DNA of 64,000 bases, from NCBI GenBank assembly GCA_963793305.1, contig CAWBZV010000005.1:800001-864000 (forward strand), read 5' to 3'. The notes beneath the pieces were generated by a model. That model saw only the letters and a list, made by a program, of their open reading frames with translations. It was not told the DNA's origin and did not search any database. Source of the stretch: an uncultured Gemmatimonadales bacterium. Its GTDB lineage: Bacteria > Gemmatimonadota > Gemmatimonadetes > Gemmatimonadales > Gemmatimonadaceae. Below are positions 60,489 to 64,000 of the stretch, piece after piece (within the stretch, counting starts at the first letter, position 1; each line of letters begins with the position of its first letter). The position numbers and the translations under genes were made by a program.

Positions 60489-61775
60489 ATGCGATGGGTT
60501 TTATGCGCGCTGTTCGTTGCCGCGCCGCTCGTAGCGCAGGATACGACGTTGGCGCACCACATGATGATGATGCAACCGGGCCCGCTTGGGCTCCCGATGA
60601 ACCGCATGGGATCGGGAACCTCGTGGCTTCCGGACGAGACGCCGATGCACGCCGAGCACGTAATGGCCGGCGGCTGGCAGTTCATGCTGCACTACATGGC
60701 GTTCGCGACCTATGACCACCAGGAAAGCGCCCGCAACATCGACGGCGCAACCCAATTCAATGGGATCGACTGGTTCATGGGCATGGCGCAGCACGACGTG
60801 GGCGCCGGCCGTCTCGCCCTGCGCGCGATGCTCAGCACCGACCCGTTCACGGTGGGGAAGGCGGGCTATCCCTTGCTCTTGCAGACCGGTGAGTCGTATC
60901 GGGGCGAGCCGCTGCACGACCGACAGCATCCGCACGATCTGTTCATGGAGCTGGCAACAGTGTACGACGTGCCGGTGACGTCCAACTTGGGGCTAGAGCT
61001 CTACGCCGCGCCGGCAGGCGAGCCCGCGCTCGGCCCGGTCGCCTATCCGCATCGTCCGTCGGCCGCGGGCGATCCGTATGCGCTGCTGGGGCATCACTGG
61101 CAGGATGCAACGCATATCTCGTTCGGCGTGCTCACGGCGGGCGTGTTCACGCACGAGGTCAAGGTCGAAGGATCGATCTTTAACGGCCGCGAACCGGATG
61201 AGACGCGCACGAATTTCGACTTTCGGACGCTCGACTCGTACTCGGGGCGAGTCACGATCAACCCGGCGCCGGCGTGGAGCGTCAGCGCGTCGTACGGCTA
61301 CCTCAAGAGTCCGGAGCAGCTGACGCCGAACATCGCGCAGCACCGGATGGGTGCGTCAGTACTGTTCGACCAGCCGTTCAACGGCAAAGGCGAGTGGTCG
61401 ACGGCCCTCGTCTACGGCGCGAACCTCTATTCAGACAGCCCGCAGTTGTCGAATAGCGTCGATCTCGAGACGACACTCGACCTGGACGGCACCAACTCCA
61501 TCTTCTGGCGAACCGAGTACGTAAACAAAGACGCGTACGACCTGGCGCTCGGCGCGGCGCCGCCGGCGGACCGGTTCGACGTGGGCTCGGGGACGATTGG
61601 GTATACTCGCGAGCTCATGCACGCGGCGGGCATCGCGATCGCGTTGGGGGGTGTGGCGACGGTCGATCTGATCCCAGCCGGTCTTCGGCCGTTCTACGGA
61701 ACCCGCACGCCGTACGGGTTCGGGGTGTTCCTCCGATTCCGCCCAGCCGATCGCCATTCGCTGATGCACATGTGA
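60489..61775 (+). CDS. His/Met-rich outer-membrane hypothetical protein
   Basis: HHMMMM, MGSGTSWLP, DRQHPHDLFMEL, HHWQDATHI. Confidence 0.75.
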   Translation: MRWVLCALFVAAPLVAQDTTLAHHMMMMQPGPLGLPMNRMGSGTSWLPDETPMHAEHVMAGGWQFMLHYMAFATYDHQESARNIDGATQFNGIDWFMGMAQHDVGAGRLALRAMLSTDPFTVGKAGYPLLLQTGESYRGEPLHDRQHPHDLFMELATVYDVPVTSNLGLELYAAPAGEPALGPVAYPHRPSAAGDPYALLGHHWQDATHISFGVLTAGVFTHEVKVEGSIFNGREPDETRTNFDFRTLDSYSGRVTINPAPAWSVSASYGYLKSPEQLTPNIAQHRMGASVLFDQPFNGKGEWSTALVYGANLYSDSPQLSNSVDLETTLDLDGTNSIFWRTEYVNKDAYDLALGAAPPADRFDVGSGTIGYTRELMHAAGIAIALGGVATVDLIPAGLRPFYGTRTPYGFGVFLRFRPADRHSLMHM

Positions 61776-61817
61776 GAGTTGCGAACGCCTCGACAGGATG
61801 CGAACGTAGACGTCACC

Positions 61818-62039
61818 ATGGCAAACGACTCACGCAGGCTGAGACCCGACATGAGCATCGCGGAGCTCGACGACCGCATCGCGAGCGTGACGGATGACCT
61901 CCGCGAACTATCCGAGCAAGCGGCCGCGTACTCTGGCGCGGCCGACGAGGAGCTCGCAGCGGACCGGATCGCCGAGCGCGAAGCCGAGCTGGAGCGTCTG
62001 ACTAAACAGCGCGATGAGCTCGCTCGCCGGCAGTCGTGA
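61818..62039 (+). CDS. Small coiled-coil hypothetical protein
   Basis: MSIAELDDRIA...LRELSEQAAAYSGAADEE. Confidence 0.6.
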   Translation: MANDSRRLRPDMSIAELDDRIASVTDDLRELSEQAAAYSGAADEELAADRIAEREAELERLTKQRDELARRQS

Positions 62040-62811
62040 AGCGGTCGGTGGGTTCGATACCTACCGCGACGCGTTCCCACACGCGGCGCTGACCCGCTCG
62101 AGCGAGGGCGTCCTCGAAGTCGTCCTCCACACGGATGGCGGCACACTGCTGTTCAATGGCTACGTCCATGAAGAGTTCGTCGAGCTCTTCCATCGGATCG
62201 GCCAGGACGCGGACAATCGTGTCGTCATTCTCACCGGCGCGGGCGAGGCGTTCATCGATCGCATCGACGCCGAGGGCTTCGACTTCTTCACTCCGCGCGG
62301 CTTCGACAAGGTCTATCGCGAAGGCAAGAAGATCCTCGCCAATCTCATCGATATTCCCGTGCCGGTGCTCGCCGCGCTCAACGGACCGACGACGGTCCAC
62401 TCAGAATGGGTGCTGCTCTCGGACATCGTGATCGCGACGCCCGATACTGTGTTTCAGGACAAGCCGCATTTCGCCTTCGGCATCGTGCCCGGTGATGGCA
62501 TCCATTCCCTGTGGCCGGAAGTCATCGGCTCGATCCGCGGCCGTACCTTCGTGCTCACCCAGCAGATCATCGGGGCCGAGGAGGCCAAGACGCTGGACGT
62601 GATCAGCGAGATCGTCCCGCGGGAGCGGCTCTTGCCTCGCGCTCGCGAGATCGCCGGACGCATCGCGAAGCTCCCACCGCTCACCATCAGTTACACCCGC
62701 GTGGCTTTGACGCAGAAGCTGCGTCGCATTGTCGACGAGAGCGTCGGCTATGGCCTTGCGCTCGAAGGCATCTCGGCCGCCGACGTCGCGAGAATGAATC
62801 AGTCGAGGTGA
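62014..62811 (+). CDS. Enoyl-CoA hydratase/isomerase family protein
   Basis: VVILTGAGEAF, PVLAALNGP, GIVPGDG, AEEA. Confidence 0.85.
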   Translation: MSSLAGSREAVGGFDTYRDAFPHAALTRSSEGVLEVVLHTDGGTLLFNGYVHEEFVELFHRIGQDADNRVVILTGAGEAFIDRIDAEGFDFFTPRGFDKVYREGKKILANLIDIPVPVLAALNGPTTVHSEWVLLSDIVIATPDTVFQDKPHFAFGIVPGDGIHSLWPEVIGSIRGRTFVLTQQIIGAEEAKTLDVISEIVPRERLLPRAREIAGRIAKLPPLTISYTRVALTQKLRRIVDESVGYGLALEGISAADVARMNQSR

Positions 62812-63428
62812 ATGATCCCGCGCTGGAGCGCGACGGTGACGGCTTCGGTGCGGTCCGCGGCGCCAAGTTTGGCGAAGACGCTCTTGAGGTGAATCTTCAC
62901 GGTTTCGTCCGTGCGCCCGATCGCCCGCGCGACGTCCTTGTTGCTAAAACCCCGCGCGACATACTCTAATATCTCGCGTTCCCGCTCGGTGAGCTCGACG
63001 CGCGGCGTATACTCGGCGAGCCGGCCAGCGACGACGGGCGGGATCACGCGCTGGCCACGGTGCACGGCGCGGATCGCATCGATGACGGCGGTCGGCAGCA
63101 TCTCCTTGAGCAGGTAGCCGACCGCGCCCGCCTCGAGCGCCCGGTGGATGTCCGTGTCGCCCTCATAGGTCGTGAGTGCGACGATGCGTGCGTCCGGAAA
63201 CTCCGAGCGGATCGCCTTGATCGCGCCGACGCCATCCAGCACGGGCATCCGAAGATCCATCAGCGTCACGTCCGGCCGCTGCGCCCGGAACAAGGCCACC
63301 GCTTGTGCCCCGTCTCCGGCCTCGCCGACGAACGTCAGGTCGGACTCCTCTCCGATCACGGCGGCGAGGCCGGCGCGGACGATCGGGTGATCGTCCGCGG
63401 TCATGACACGGATCGTCTGCACGCTCAT
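62799..63428 (-). CDS. NarL/LuxR-family response regulator
   Basis: DDHPIVRAG, MDLRMP, LTEREREIL...TVKIHL. Confidence 0.92.
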   Translation of the reverse strand: MSVQTIRVMTADDHPIVRAGLAAVIGEESDLTFVGEAGDGAQAVALFRAQRPDVTLMDLRMPVLDGVGAIKAIRSEFPDARIVALTTYEGDTDIHRALEAGAVGYLLKEMLPTAVIDAIRAVHRGQRVIPPVVAGRLAEYTPRVELTEREREILEYVARGFSNKDVARAIGRTDETVKIHLKSVFAKLGAADRTEAVTVALQRGIIHLD

Positions 63429-64000
63429 TGCCGCGCCATCTCGGCGCCGGCAGCCGGGAACTTCGCGACGATCGCCTGCACAGTCTTGGCCAGCTCCGCG
63501 GTGTAGGTCGTGGGGTCCTGCGAGACGTCCGCCTGCCCCTGTCCGCGCCACAAGAGCTCTTTGGTTGCTGGATCGATCACATCCACAATAACAGTTCCTT
63601 GCGTGTATTGCTGAACCGTCTCGACCGGATAGCCGTATCCGTGCCAGAACCGGTGATAGCCCCAGTAATGGTAGCCGTAGTCCCAGTCGGTCACGTCCAG
63701 CTTTTGTTTCGCGCTCGCATAGTAGGCCACGGCAAAGTTCGGTGACTCACTCGTGAGCGTGTAGCCTTTGGCCTGGAAGTCCGCTACCAGGTCCTGGCGT
63801 AACGCCTGGTTCGCAATCGAGTTCGACAGCATCGGATCATTGTTGTCGCTCAGCGCGTTCGCCTTCTTCGCCGTCGGCGTCATGATCGCGAACGTGCGCA
63901 GGTTGGCCAGGTGTGCATCCGGCGCCACCGTCGTGCGTACGGTCACGGGATTGCAGGCGGTCGCCGCGGCGACCAGGATCGCGGCCAGCATGGCCGGCAT
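63425..64000 (-). CDS. DUF4136 lipoprotein (5' end at window edge)
   Basis: ATAC lipobox; YTQGTVIVDVID...LLWRG. Confidence 0.8.
   Translation of the reverse strand: MPAMLAAILVAAATACNPVTVRTTVAPDAHLANLRTFAIMTPTAKKANALSDNNDPMLSNSIANQALRQDLVADFQAKGYTLTSESPNFAVAYYASAKQKLDVTDWDYGYHYWGYHRFWHGYGYPVETVQQYTQGTVIVDVIDPATKELLWRGQGQADVSQDPTTYTAELAKTVQAIVAKFPAAGAEMARQ

Overview
GC-rich bacterial window. The gene content (SusC/SusD with ECF-FecR, many lipoproteins, S9 peptidase, D-aminoacylase) suggests Gemmatimonadota; this is inference. It is an accessory mosaic in three parts. (1) 1-10.6 kb is a defence-island-like block. It opens with a ubiquitin-like conjugation operon (Ubl ending EGGGG, CEHH-type E2, JAB peptidase running off the window edge; Bil-like order). 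Divergently transcribed from it is a coupled four-gene cassette: RHH + GNAT + XRE-HTH + ImmA/IrrE metallopeptidase. A Zn-finger gene, a PD-(D/E)XK nuclease, DUF5677-like, SEC-C and ApeA-like HEPN genes follow. (2) A 19,632-bp segment is bounded by two near-identical ~210-bp attP-like junctions. Each has a tRNA-Ala(TGC) 3' half flanked on both sides by paired 12-bp arm-type repeats. The segment carries an NTase/TA-like pair, an ECF-FecR-SusC/D glycan-uptake locus, a decayed tyrosine integrase and tsdA-soxCD sulfur-oxidation genes. (3) 30.5-64 kb holds mixed metabolic and envelope genes (catalase-oxyR, lgt, M23, TonB receptor) and many gene remnants. Nine frameshifts in eight genes are each repaired by deleting one duplicated base (A or T), which points to sequencing error rather than pseudogenes. 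All functional calls come from motif recognition by eye; no searches were run.
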